A stretch of DNA of 64,000 nt from Vicinamibacterales bacterium (GTDB lineage: Bacteria > Acidobacteriota > Vicinamibacteria > Vicinamibacterales > CAVVIG01). Below the pieces are notes generated by a model, which saw only the letters and a list, made by a program, of their open reading frames with translations, did not search any database and was not told the DNA's origin. The stretch spans positions 1,095 to 65,094 of the forward strand of contig DASXGC010000073.1 of NCBI GenBank assembly GCA_036489235.1, in the 5' to 3' direction. The position numbers and the translations under genes were made by a program. This document shows, one piece after another, positions 18,320 to 26,828 of this stretch (within the stretch, counting starts at the first letter, position 1; each line of letters begins with the position of its first letter).

Positions 18320-19134
18320 CGAACATAGCGCAGCGGCGGGACACGGCCGGCCGGCGACGCGTGAGTCTGCGTCTCGCCGCCGCCCTGTGGTTTGCCGTCG
18401 CCGTGTCTCTCTGGTGTGTCGTCAATGTCCTGGCGACTCAGCTTCCAGCGGCGCCATCCGATCCCCGCGACCACGCCCAAGCGATGCGTCATTTGCGTCT
18501 CGGTCAAGAGAACCTGCGGGCGGAGCAGTGGGACAAGGCGGAAGTCGAGTTCAAAGCCGCGGTTAAACTCGAGCCAACGCTGGAGATGGCTCACTACGGG
18601 CTCGGCCAGGTGTACATGAACACCAGGCGCTTTCCGGCGGCGGTTGCGGCGTATCTTGCGTGCCGCGACGCCTTCATAACCAATATCTCCAAGTTGGCCG
18701 CCAATGACATGCAGACTGAGCGCGCGCTCGACGATGCAATCAGGAATCTCGAGGACGAGCGCATGCTGCTGGCCAGTGGTCGGGGAAGGCCGATGTCGGG
18801 CGGTGCCGCCGACCTCGACCAGCGCATCAACGATCTTCGCCAGCGCCGATTCCGCGACCCCAAGACGGCGACGGTGACGCCGACCTGGATCTCGCTCGCG
18901 CTCGGCAGCGCCTACTTTCGTTCCGGCGCGCTGGCAGACGCCGAACGTGAATATCGGGCGACGCTGGCCGTCGATCCAAAGCTGGGCGAAGCCCACAACA
19001 ACCTTGCGGTCGTCTGCCTGCTCACCGGCCGTTTGGACGAGGCTGACGTCGAAATCAGGATGGCGGAGAAGGCTGGATTCAGGGTGAATCCGCAGCTCAA
19101 AGAAGATGTGAAGAAAGCAAGGGCGCGACCCTGA
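18316..19134 (+). CDS. TPR repeat protein with N-terminal TM/signal anchor
   Basis: 272 aa. Its start overlaps the previous stop (ATGA 18316-18319). TPR-type repeats are present (EMAHYGLGQVYMNTRRFPAAVAAYLA..., GEAHNNLAVVCLLTGRLDEADVEIRMAEKAG). Confidence 0.7.
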   Translation: MTNIAQRRDTAGRRRVSLRLAAALWFAVAVSLWCVVNVLATQLPAAPSDPRDHAQAMRHLRLGQENLRAEQWDKAEVEFKAAVKLEPTLEMAHYGLGQVYMNTRRFPAAVAAYLACRDAFITNISKLAANDMQTERALDDAIRNLEDERMLLASGRGRPMSGGAADLDQRINDLRQRRFRDPKTATVTPTWISLALGSAYFRSGALADAEREYRATLAVDPKLGEAHNNLAVVCLLTGRLDEADVEIRMAEKAGFRVNPQLKEDVKKARARP

Positions 19135-19193
19135 CGCGCCGGGTGCGGACGCGGTCCGGGCTATCATGGAGAGTTGCTGGAGGATTCCCGGAC

Positions 19194-22094
19194 ATGACGC
19201 GTCGGAACTGGTCGGCTGCTGCCGTAGCAGCATGGATGTGCGCGCTCTTATTTGCAGCGCCGGCGCACGCGCAGGTATTCATGGGGCGCATCGACGCGAC
19301 CATCGAGGATGCCGGCGGCGCTCCCATCCCCGCGGCGCAGGTGGATCTCACCAGCGGCCAGATTCTCGGCCAGGTCACTGACACCCAGGGGCGGGTCCAT
19401 TTCCTGAATCTCCCTGCCGGCCTTTACGCCGTTCGCGTTTCTGCGCCGGGTTCGGCGGCGTCCGCCACGAGTGCTCTCCTCACGGTTCTTGCGGGCTCCA
19501 GCACCCGTCTGGTGCTGCGCATGCCGGCTCCCGTCGTCCCTCCAGAGGCGAGTAAAGGAATGGTGGTGGCGTCCTCCGGTGACGTGATGCGCATGACCAC
19601 GACGACTCACGTCGAGCTTGAACCGCTCCAGGACATTCCGAGCGGCCGCACTCCATGGGTCGTCCTGCAGACCGTGCCGACGATCTACGTGGATCGGGTG
19701 GACGTCGGCAGCTCCGCCGCGAAGGATCAATCGAATTTCTACGGGAAAGGCGCGATCGGCACCGACAACACCTGGAATCTTGACGGCGTGCCGGTGACCG
19801 ACATGGGCGACAACCTGCTGCCGCCGGCGCTGGTGAGCGGTTCGTTGGGAATCTATTACGACTTCGACAGTGTCCAGGAAATTGCGGTCACCACCGGCGG
19901 CGCCGAGGTGCAGAACGCCACCGCGGGGGTGGGCGTCAACATGATCCTGAAGTCGGGATTCAATACCCCGACCGGCAACATGCGCGTCAACTACCAAAAT
20001 GACTGGCTGCAGGCGGTCAATATTTCGCCGGCGCTGGCGGAGTCGCTTGGCAACACGGCCGAGCGCGGCAATCGGATCGATGAATATTTCGACCGTGGCG
20101 TCGACATCGGCGGGCCGATTTTCAGGAACCAGCTGTGGGTGTGGGGAACTGCCGCCTACACCAAGCTCCATCTGACCACGCTGCAAGGCTTCGCAGACAA
20201 CACGGACTTCACGAACTACTCGCTCAAGTTCGATGGCCGCGCCACCGACGACATCCGCGGCAACTTCACGTATTACTACGACAACAGGGAAGAGGAGGGG
20301 CGCGGCGCCAGCGCCTTGCGGCCGCCCGCGACGACCTGGAACCAGGCCAGCCCGACCAGCTTTTACAAAGGCGAAGGGCGGTTCGTCGTCGGCAACAAGT
20401 TCTTCGCCTCGGCCAGGGTGGCCGTGCTCCATGGCGGATTTGATCTCGAACCGGTCGGCACGCTGCTTCAGACGTACTACTTCGACGCCGGTCTGGTTGC
20501 CCAGAACAGCTTCTATGCGTATCGCAGCGATCGGCCGCAGCGCTATGTCGGCGGTGACGGCAACTACCTGATCGGCAACAATCAGCTGAAGTTCGGCGGC
20601 GCCTGGCGATCGACTCCGGTGAACACACAGCAGATCTATCCAGGGAATCATCTGATAGCGACCTGGAGCGGCTATCCGAACATGTACGTGCAGGCAGCCC
20701 GTGACTACGGGGCGGTGACCGACGCCAGCTATCTCAACGGCTTCGTCTCGGACACCATCTCGCTCAACCGCCTCACCCTGACCGGCGGCGTCCGTTTCGA
20801 CTATCAGACTTCGTCGCTTGGCGAAGCGTTCGTGCCTGCGGTTGACGGCGTTCCCCTCCTGCCGGCGCTGACCGCACCCGCCATCAGCAACGTCCTCAGC
20901 TGGACCAACCTGACGCCACGCGTCGGGCTGACCTTCGCGCTCGACGAGTCGAGGAAGACGATCGTGCGCGCCAGCTATGCGGTCTTCGCGTCGCAGCTGC
21001 CCGGCACCGAGGCCGCGTTCGTGTCGCCGATTCAGCATTCCTACGCGTACTACAACGCCATCGATCGCAACACCGACGGCGCCGCGCAGATTGGCGAGGT
21101 GCTGTTCACCCAGGGCTTACAGGCCTACAGCGGATTCGATCCGGCGAACCCGTCCAAGCTGGCGTCGGTGAACACCGTGGATCCAAACGTCAAGGCGCCG
21201 ACGACGCGGGAGCTGATGGCAGCTTTCGACCGGCAGCTGGCGCCGAACGTCTCGGTCAGTGCCGGTGTCACATATCGCAAGATGATGGATCTGCTGTGGG
21301 CGCCGCTTACCGGCGTCACCTCCGCGAACTACACGCAGACCGGTGTGCTGGTCGGCACGCTTCCGGAGGGCGCCGGCGCCTACCGCGTGCCGGTCTACGC
21401 GCTCAACGCGTCAGCCGTGCCACCAGGTGGCGGTGAAACGCTGACCAATCGCCAGGGTTATTACCAGCGCTATTTCGGCATCGAAGCGAGTGCGACCAAG
21501 CGCCTGTCCGATCGCTGGGCGGCTCACGTCGGCTTCTCAACCAACAGCTGGCGGGAATACTTCGATGATCCGTCCAAATCGATTCTCGATCCGACACCTG
21601 CTCCCGCGCCCTCACTGAACCGGCCGTTCGCAGGTCCGCAGGTCACTGGTGGCACGATCGCGAGCCTCTCGAGCGGCAGCGGTCAGAGCAGCATCTACAC
21701 GGTCGCGCCCGGCTATCAGCTGAACGCGAACGGGACGGTGCAGATCAAGTGGGACATCAGCATCACCGGCAGCGTGCTCCTGCGCCAAGGCTACGCGGAG
21801 CCGTTCTACGCCAGCAACATCTCAACCGGCGATCCGCTCGGCAAGAAAACCGTGCTGCTGGTGCCACAGGTGGATACCGTCCGGTTGCCATCGGTGACAA
21901 CCCTCGACGGCCGCGCCGAGAAACGCTTCAAGTTCGGCAAGTCGGTTCTTGCTGCCGATTTCGACGTCTTCAACATCCTCAATTCGGCCACGGTTCTTGG
22001 CAAGCAGTACGACGCCAGCGCCTCGAACTACGACCAGACGCTGGAGATCATGAACCCGCGGGTCATCCGCGTCGGCGTCAGATACTTCTTCTAA
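19194..22094 (+). CDS. CarboxypepD_reg domain / TonB-dependent-receptor-like outer-membrane beta-barrel (divergent paralog 4)
   Basis: ATG 19194 (MTRRNWSAAAVAAWMCALLFAAPAHAQ) is preferred to the GTG at 19143. N-terminal signature GRIDATIEDAGGAPIPAAQVDLTSG...GRVHFLNLPAGLYAVRVSAPG. Plug-like IPSGRTPWVVLQTVPT. C-terminal ...RVGVRYFF. Confidence 0.75.
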   Translation: MTRRNWSAAAVAAWMCALLFAAPAHAQVFMGRIDATIEDAGGAPIPAAQVDLTSGQILGQVTDTQGRVHFLNLPAGLYAVRVSAPGSAASATSALLTVLAGSSTRLVLRMPAPVVPPEASKGMVVASSGDVMRMTTTTHVELEPLQDIPSGRTPWVVLQTVPTIYVDRVDVGSSAAKDQSNFYGKGAIGTDNTWNLDGVPVTDMGDNLLPPALVSGSLGIYYDFDSVQEIAVTTGGAEVQNATAGVGVNMILKSGFNTPTGNMRVNYQNDWLQAVNISPALAESLGNTAERGNRIDEYFDRGVDIGGPIFRNQLWVWGTAAYTKLHLTTLQGFADNTDFTNYSLKFDGRATDDIRGNFTYYYDNREEEGRGASALRPPATTWNQASPTSFYKGEGRFVVGNKFFASARVAVLHGGFDLEPVGTLLQTYYFDAGLVAQNSFYAYRSDRPQRYVGGDGNYLIGNNQLKFGGAWRSTPVNTQQIYPGNHLIATWSGYPNMYVQAARDYGAVTDASYLNGFVSDTISLNRLTLTGGVRFDYQTSSLGEAFVPAVDGVPLLPALTAPAISNVLSWTNLTPRVGLTFALDESRKTIVRASYAVFASQLPGTEAAFVSPIQHSYAYYNAIDRNTDGAAQIGEVLFTQGLQAYSGFDPANPSKLASVNTVDPNVKAPTTRELMAAFDRQLAPNVSVSAGVTYRKMMDLLWAPLTGVTSANYTQTGVLVGTLPEGAGAYRVPVYALNASAVPPGGGETLTNRQGYYQRYFGIEASATKRLSDRWAAHVGFSTNSWREYFDDPSKSILDPTPAPAPSLNRPFAGPQVTGGTIASLSSGSGQSSIYTVAPGYQLNANGTVQIKWDISITGSVLLRQGYAEPFYASNISTGDPLGKKTVLLVPQVDTVRLPSVTTLDGRAEKRFKFGKSVLAADFDVFNILNSATVLGKQYDASASNYDQTLEIMNPRVIRVGVRYFF

Positions 22095-22172
22095 CTTGAA
22101 AGAGATTCTGGGGGCTTGGTTCGGTCATAGTCATCGAACCACAGAGCCACCGGGACACTGAGGGGTCCGAAG

Positions 22173-22320
22173 CTCGATTCGACGGCCAGCCGCGGCGCGG
22201 CTGACGTCAGGTGACCCGACGCCGGATACGAGTCGGCCTCGACGGCACCAGTGGACTCGTATCCGGCATCGGGCCGCCTGGCTATGCGGCCAGCAATGCT
22301 GGCCGCGGCCGTCGAATCGA
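22173..22320. repeat. Nested perfect inverted repeats in a convergent intergenic region
   Basis: Outer 14-bp arms are TCGATTCGACGGCC (22173-22186) and GGCCGTCGAATCGA (22307-22320). They enclose an inner perfect 14-bp hairpin, GCCGGATACGAGTC (22221-22234) / GACTCGTATCCGGC (22254-22267). The inner stem is extendable by CCCGA/TCGGG. Confidence 0.7.
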
Positions 22321-22429
22321 TTGGTTTTCCAAGGTCCGTTCGCGATCCCGATTTGCGTCCTTTTGTCTCGGTGCCTCGGCGTCTCCGTGGTGGGATGAGA
22401 GAAGGCGGCGTTTGGACGAAGGCGCCGAC

Positions 22430-24550
22430 TCACTGACGCCACTCCAGGCGCGCGAGGCCCTCGCGCGCCTGTTGACTGTACGGTCCGCCGCTCGCGAGGT
22501 AGCGCCGGTAGTTTTCAATCGCATCGCGACGATCCTGCTCGTTGGCGATCCAGCGTTTGGTCGGCTCGTAGAAACGCCGCCTGGCGAAGTAGCGCAACTC
22601 CATCGCCTTCCCGAGATTGAAGTAGCTCGTGGACTCGGATGGATTCGCCTCGATGCCCTTTCGAAAGGATCCGATCGCGTCATCGAGGGCGCCATGCGAG
22701 GTCTGAACGACCCCAAGCGCGTTGAACATATCGGGATCCTTCGGCCAGCGCAGCGCGCCGTCACGCAACAGACGGATCGCCTTGTCGGGCTCCTTCAGCT
22801 GCACGTAGCCGTCAACGAGATCGAAGTAGACCGGTTCGAATCCGGTCGCCATGGCGCGCACTTTTTCCCACTCGGTCACGGCCTCGCGGTATTCGCGCAG
22901 CGCATAGTCGGCCTGGCCGAGCATGTAATGCGTCCACGGCTCCGCGGATGGACTGGTCACAGCCACGCTGAGCGCCATTCGCGCGCCCACGACGTCGCCG
23001 CGCTGATAGGCGTCCCAGCCGTCCGACGCGGCCTTGTCGGCCGACGGATTCGGCAGCAGCAAGTCGATGTGTTTGTCGGCGTCAGGCCGCCAGCGGACCG
23101 CCGACGCCGGATTGATGTTGGCCGTCTCGTTTTCGAGGTGAGCGCTCCCGAGGGCGACGGGGGGCGCCGGCAATTCAGGCGAGTCCAATGGCGCCACCGG
23201 TTCGGCCGGTGATCCGGCCGCTGGCTCCGGCCACGGCTCGCTGCCGCCGGCGCTCGGTCGGGCCGCCGGCGCAGCCCCGGCCCTGAGCGTTCCAGCAGCG
23301 CGAGGCGCGGCGGTATAACCACGGCGGGCGCGCACGGTGACGCCGGGTCGTTTCACGGTGACGCTGATCTTGTGAAACTTGCCGTCCGGCGTGGCCGTCG
23401 GCGTGTAGCCGAGGACGTAGTAGTTCGTCGCATCGTCCATGATCTTCGCGATGGCGCGATCGAACATGTTGGTGTTGCGAACGACGAAGCCGCCAGTGTC
23501 CACCGCCAGGCTGTTGACCGAGTCGGCGCCCATGTCCATCTGCTCGAGCACCCGCATCATGTTGTCGCTCGCCATTTTCTGATCAACTGAAACGAGCCCC
23601 CTGGTGGCGCCTCTGGCGTCGAGGGTGTAGATGCGGGCGTTTACGCGCGCCGCCAGGCTCACGGCGTCTTTGACCAACGACCAGGAATCGTCGGCGAGAA
23701 ACCCTTCAGTGAGCAGTACAACAGTCTTGCGGCCATCGAATTTGCCGAGCCCGATCAGCAGCGTATCGAGCAGCTGCAACGTTTGCGCGCTCTCGGCGCG
23801 AACGGACTCGGCCAGCTGATTCGCCTTCGCTGCGACCGCGCCGGCCGCATCACCGGCGACGCACTGGGTTCGGTCGTCCGCGCAGGCGCGCGTGATGGCG
23901 TTGCCAAGAACGTCCTGCTGGCCGTTGACGACAATTTGCACCGCTTCGGTCTCGGTGAGGCGCGGCCATTGAGCCTCCTCGAACGCCCGCATGTTCTTGC
24001 TGTGATTCGGCCGTGCGCTTTTGACCGCCTTGATCAGCTCGTCGCGGTCACTCGTCACCCGGTTGTTGACGATGTGGCCGTTCGCAACGACGCCACCGAA
24101 ATCGCCAGCGTGGAGCTGCCTGGTGAACAGGTTCAGCGCTGCGGCCTGAGTTTTCTGAAATGCGCTCGAGGTCATGTGCGCATCGTCGAACACGACCATG
24201 AAGAGGTCGGGTTGACGTGGCGGCGCGGGTAAGCCGGTGGTCGCGCCCGCGATTGGCGCCGGTGCGCGGTCGGCCGTGGCCTCGCGGCCACCGGCCCACG
24301 CGTTTGAGGTCGTCAGGCGAAGGTACAGCTGCTGGAGCTGTTGCGGATGCCCCTCATCGCGCAGCTCGAAGTCTTCCATCGACAAATCGCTGACAAAATG
24401 GCCGGACTTGTCGCTGACAATGACGTCCACTTCAACGAGGTCGGTAGCGGCTTTGAAGGAAGGACCGGGAGGCTGTGGTGTCTGGGCGTGGAGGCAGACG
24501 GCGAGTGCCGCAATCGAGACGGCCTGGAGCAGTGAGCGGGGAATCTTCAT
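22430..24550 (-). CDS. VWFA-related acidobacterial-type domain fused to C-terminal TPR repeats
   Basis: ATG 24550 sits 7 nt after AAGGGAG; the ORF-track GTG 24556 is too close to the RBS. Signal peptide, then the family-typical FKAATDLVEVDVIVSDKSGHFVSDLSMEDFELRDEG. A VWA-like core follows, then a Pro/Ala-rich linker and TPR repeats (...PDMFNALGVVQTSHGALDDAIGSFRKGIEANP...). Confidence 0.8.
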   Translation of the reverse strand: MKIPRSLLQAVSIAALAVCLHAQTPQPPGPSFKAATDLVEVDVIVSDKSGHFVSDLSMEDFELRDEGHPQQLQQLYLRLTTSNAWAGGREATADRAPAPIAGATTGLPAPPRQPDLFMVVFDDAHMTSSAFQKTQAAALNLFTRQLHAGDFGGVVANGHIVNNRVTSDRDELIKAVKSARPNHSKNMRAFEEAQWPRLTETEAVQIVVNGQQDVLGNAITRACADDRTQCVAGDAAGAVAAKANQLAESVRAESAQTLQLLDTLLIGLGKFDGRKTVVLLTEGFLADDSWSLVKDAVSLAARVNARIYTLDARGATRGLVSVDQKMASDNMMRVLEQMDMGADSVNSLAVDTGGFVVRNTNMFDRAIAKIMDDATNYYVLGYTPTATPDGKFHKISVTVKRPGVTVRARRGYTAAPRAAGTLRAGAAPAARPSAGGSEPWPEPAAGSPAEPVAPLDSPELPAPPVALGSAHLENETANINPASAVRWRPDADKHIDLLLPNPSADKAASDGWDAYQRGDVVGARMALSVAVTSPSAEPWTHYMLGQADYALREYREAVTEWEKVRAMATGFEPVYFDLVDGYVQLKEPDKAIRLLRDGALRWPKDPDMFNALGVVQTSHGALDDAIGSFRKGIEANPSESTSYFNLGKAMELRYFARRRFYEPTKRWIANEQDRRDAIENYRRYLASGGPYSQQAREGLARLEWRQ

Positions 24551-24602
24551 GTCCACGCTCCCTTATTTCACCACACCGCTTTCAGGGCGTTCCACACAGG
24601 TT

Positions 24603-26819
24603 TTACGGCCGACCGCTGCGGCTCGCGCGGTGCGGCGCGTCCGCGAACAGCCGTTTTGCGTCGGCACGAACCACCTCGGCCTGACGGCGATTTCCGAACA
24701 TCGTGAATAGCCGTGCGGCCAGCGCGTAGCTGTCCGGGGTCGGCACGATCCGGATCATGTCCGTCAGGGCCTGTTCGGCCTCCGCGGGTCTGCCGTCGGC
24801 TTGATAGAGCATCGCCAGGCCGCCCCGGGCACGCGTGTTCTGCGGGAAGAAGCGCAGCTCCTGGCCGAATTCGGCTTCGGCTTCCGGATAGCGTTCGAGT
24901 CGAGCCAGTGTATCGGCCGTGTAGAAATGCAGCTCGGCGACCGGCACCGCGTCCGGTTTTTTCGAGTCGGCCGACGCTTTCTCGAAGAGCGGCAGGGCGT
25001 CCGTGTATTTGCCCTGATCGTAGAGGATGCGCCCCTCGATGTAGTCGGGAAGGGGGAAAGCGGGATCGTCTTCGTGCGCCTGCGCGGCTTCCGCACGGGC
25101 GGTCTCGGCGTCGTGCTTCGCGAGTGCAATCCGAGCCAGCATCTCGTGCGCCGACGCCCGCGAGCGGTGGTCGTCAGCGGCGGCGACTTCGATCGCCAAT
25201 GCCGCGCGGTCGCGCGCCTCGTCCAGCTTGCGAAGTTTCAGCAGAGCGGCAGCGGCGCCGATGTAGGCGGCGGGCTCCTGGGGTTTCAACTCGCTGTAGC
25301 GGTGATACGCGTCGAGCGCCAGATCGTAGCGGTCGACGCGCAGCGCAAACACCGCGAGCTGGCTCCAGACGTCGGCCATCTCGGGATCGTCGCGCAGAAT
25401 CTTCTGCAGCAACGCGATCGCCTCGGGCCATTTTCGCGCCATGGCGAAGTCCACCGCCGCCCGGTACTGCTCCAGAATCGGCAATTTGTCCTTTGGGTCG
25501 GGCAGCGAGTCGCCTTCCGCCATCGGCGCGGAGGCCTGTGCGCCGACGTAGCCGAGCGACTGCAAACGCTCGCGCGCCTCCGCCGAAATGCTGCCAGGAG
25601 CCTGGATGGTCGCGCCTGCCGTCACGCTAGCGAGCGCGCTTCGGAGCGCCGAGCGCACCTGAGTCCGCTGGTCCGCGATGTTGGTGCGCTCGTGCGGGTC
25701 CCGGCTCAGGTCGTAGAGTTCTTCGCGCGGCGCCTTGATGTAGCGATAGCGTTCGTCGGTGAGGGCGAGGAGTTCGCTCCAGCCGAAGTGGTAGCGCGCG
25801 TAAAGCGCCTCGGAATAGATGGTCGCGGGCGGGAGTTGGCCGCTAGCCTCGAGTAACGGTTTCAGTGACCGTCCCGCCAGGTTGCCGGGCGCCGGCGCCT
25901 TGACCAGGTCGAGGAGTGTCGGCACCAGATCGACATGCTGCACGAGATCCGGGACTCGGCGTCCCTTTCCAGCGTTGCCCTCCTGCTTGATGATGAGCGG
26001 CACGTGGATCGCTTCCTCGTACACGAACAGCCCGTGCTCCTGTTCGCCGTGATCGCCCAACCCCTCGCCATGGTCCGATAGCAGGACGATGGTCGATCGG
26101 TCGTAGAGCTGACGCGATTTCAGGTACGTCATCAAGCGCCCGACAATCTCGTCGCTGTAGGCGATTTCGCCGTCGTAGGGCGCGTACTGCTTGAAGCGGT
26201 CGGGTGGCTCGTATGGTTTATGCGGCTCGTACAGGTGCAGGAACAGGAACACGCGCGAGGTGCCGACCGAGTCGAGCCAGTGTTCGGCGATGGCTTCCGA
26301 TTCGCCGCCGTCGCGCTGGACCTGACCGATCGAAAGATCCGGCGAGCTCGGCGGCATCTCGGCGTCGAAGAAGTCGAAGCCCTGACTGATTCCGGTCTCC
26401 TTGCGCAGCACGTACGCAGACACCACGCCGCCGGTGGCGAAGCCGCGTTCGCGCAGCAGCTGCGGCAACATCCGCTCGCCAGCTTTCACGACGAAGCCGA
26501 CGTTGTCGCGCACGCCGTTCTCGAACGGCAGCCGGCCGGACAGCAGCGCCGCGTGAGCAGGCAGCGTCTGGGGCGCGTGTGAGTAGGCGCGCTCGAAGAC
26601 GAGGCCATCGGCCGCGAGGGCATCGATGGCCGGAGTCCGGACCCCGGTGTAGCCGTACGCCGGCAGGTGGTCCGCTCTGAGTGTGTCGATGGAAATGAGG
26701 ATGATGGGGCCGGCGACCGGCGCCGACACGCGAGCGTAGCGCCAGCCACCGACGGCCGCAAGCCCGGTTCCGACCGCCGCGAGAACCAGGATGACAGCGA
26801 ATCGAATCGGACGGGACAC
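24603..26819 (-). CDS. Membrane-anchored sulfatase-like (alkaline phosphatase superfamily) hydrolase/transferase fused to TPR repeats (paralog 2)
   Basis: 738 aa with a GTG start and N-terminal TM helix. Blocks are colinear with the 6652..8856 protein: ILISIDTLRADHL, APQTLPAHAALLSG, FLHLYEPHKPY, LLSDHGEGLGDHG. The C-terminal half is TPR-like. Confidence 0.85.
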   Translation of the reverse strand: MSRPIRFAVILVLAAVGTGLAAVGGWRYARVSAPVAGPIILISIDTLRADHLPAYGYTGVRTPAIDALAADGLVFERAYSHAPQTLPAHAALLSGRLPFENGVRDNVGFVVKAGERMLPQLLRERGFATGGVVSAYVLRKETGISQGFDFFDAEMPPSSPDLSIGQVQRDGGESEAIAEHWLDSVGTSRVFLFLHLYEPHKPYEPPDRFKQYAPYDGEIAYSDEIVGRLMTYLKSRQLYDRSTIVLLSDHGEGLGDHGEQEHGLFVYEEAIHVPLIIKQEGNAGKGRRVPDLVQHVDLVPTLLDLVKAPAPGNLAGRSLKPLLEASGQLPPATIYSEALYARYHFGWSELLALTDERYRYIKAPREELYDLSRDPHERTNIADQRTQVRSALRSALASVTAGATIQAPGSISAEARERLQSLGYVGAQASAPMAEGDSLPDPKDKLPILEQYRAAVDFAMARKWPEAIALLQKILRDDPEMADVWSQLAVFALRVDRYDLALDAYHRYSELKPQEPAAYIGAAAALLKLRKLDEARDRAALAIEVAAADDHRSRASAHEMLARIALAKHDAETARAEAAQAHEDDPAFPLPDYIEGRILYDQGKYTDALPLFEKASADSKKPDAVPVAELHFYTADTLARLERYPEAEAEFGQELRFFPQNTRARGGLAMLYQADGRPAEAEQALTDMIRIVPTPDSYALAARLFTMFGNRRQAEVVRADAKRLFADAPHRASRSGRP

Positions 26820-26828
26820 GTTGCCCCG

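Noticed and set aside
19248-21038. 596-aa minus-strand ORF. Similar antisense ORFs lie at 11585-13129, 10460-11362, 4292-5086, 58855-60120, 60907-61860 and 61876-62676.
   Set aside because: All lie opposite long genes with clear family signatures, encode Arg-rich low-complexity sequences, and lack RBS or signal features. They are GC-driven artefacts.
22173-22320. Nested inverted repeats as a MITE or insertion-sequence remnant
   Set aside because: No target-site duplication, no transposase fragment and no second copy is visible in the window. It is left as an unexplained structured repeat.
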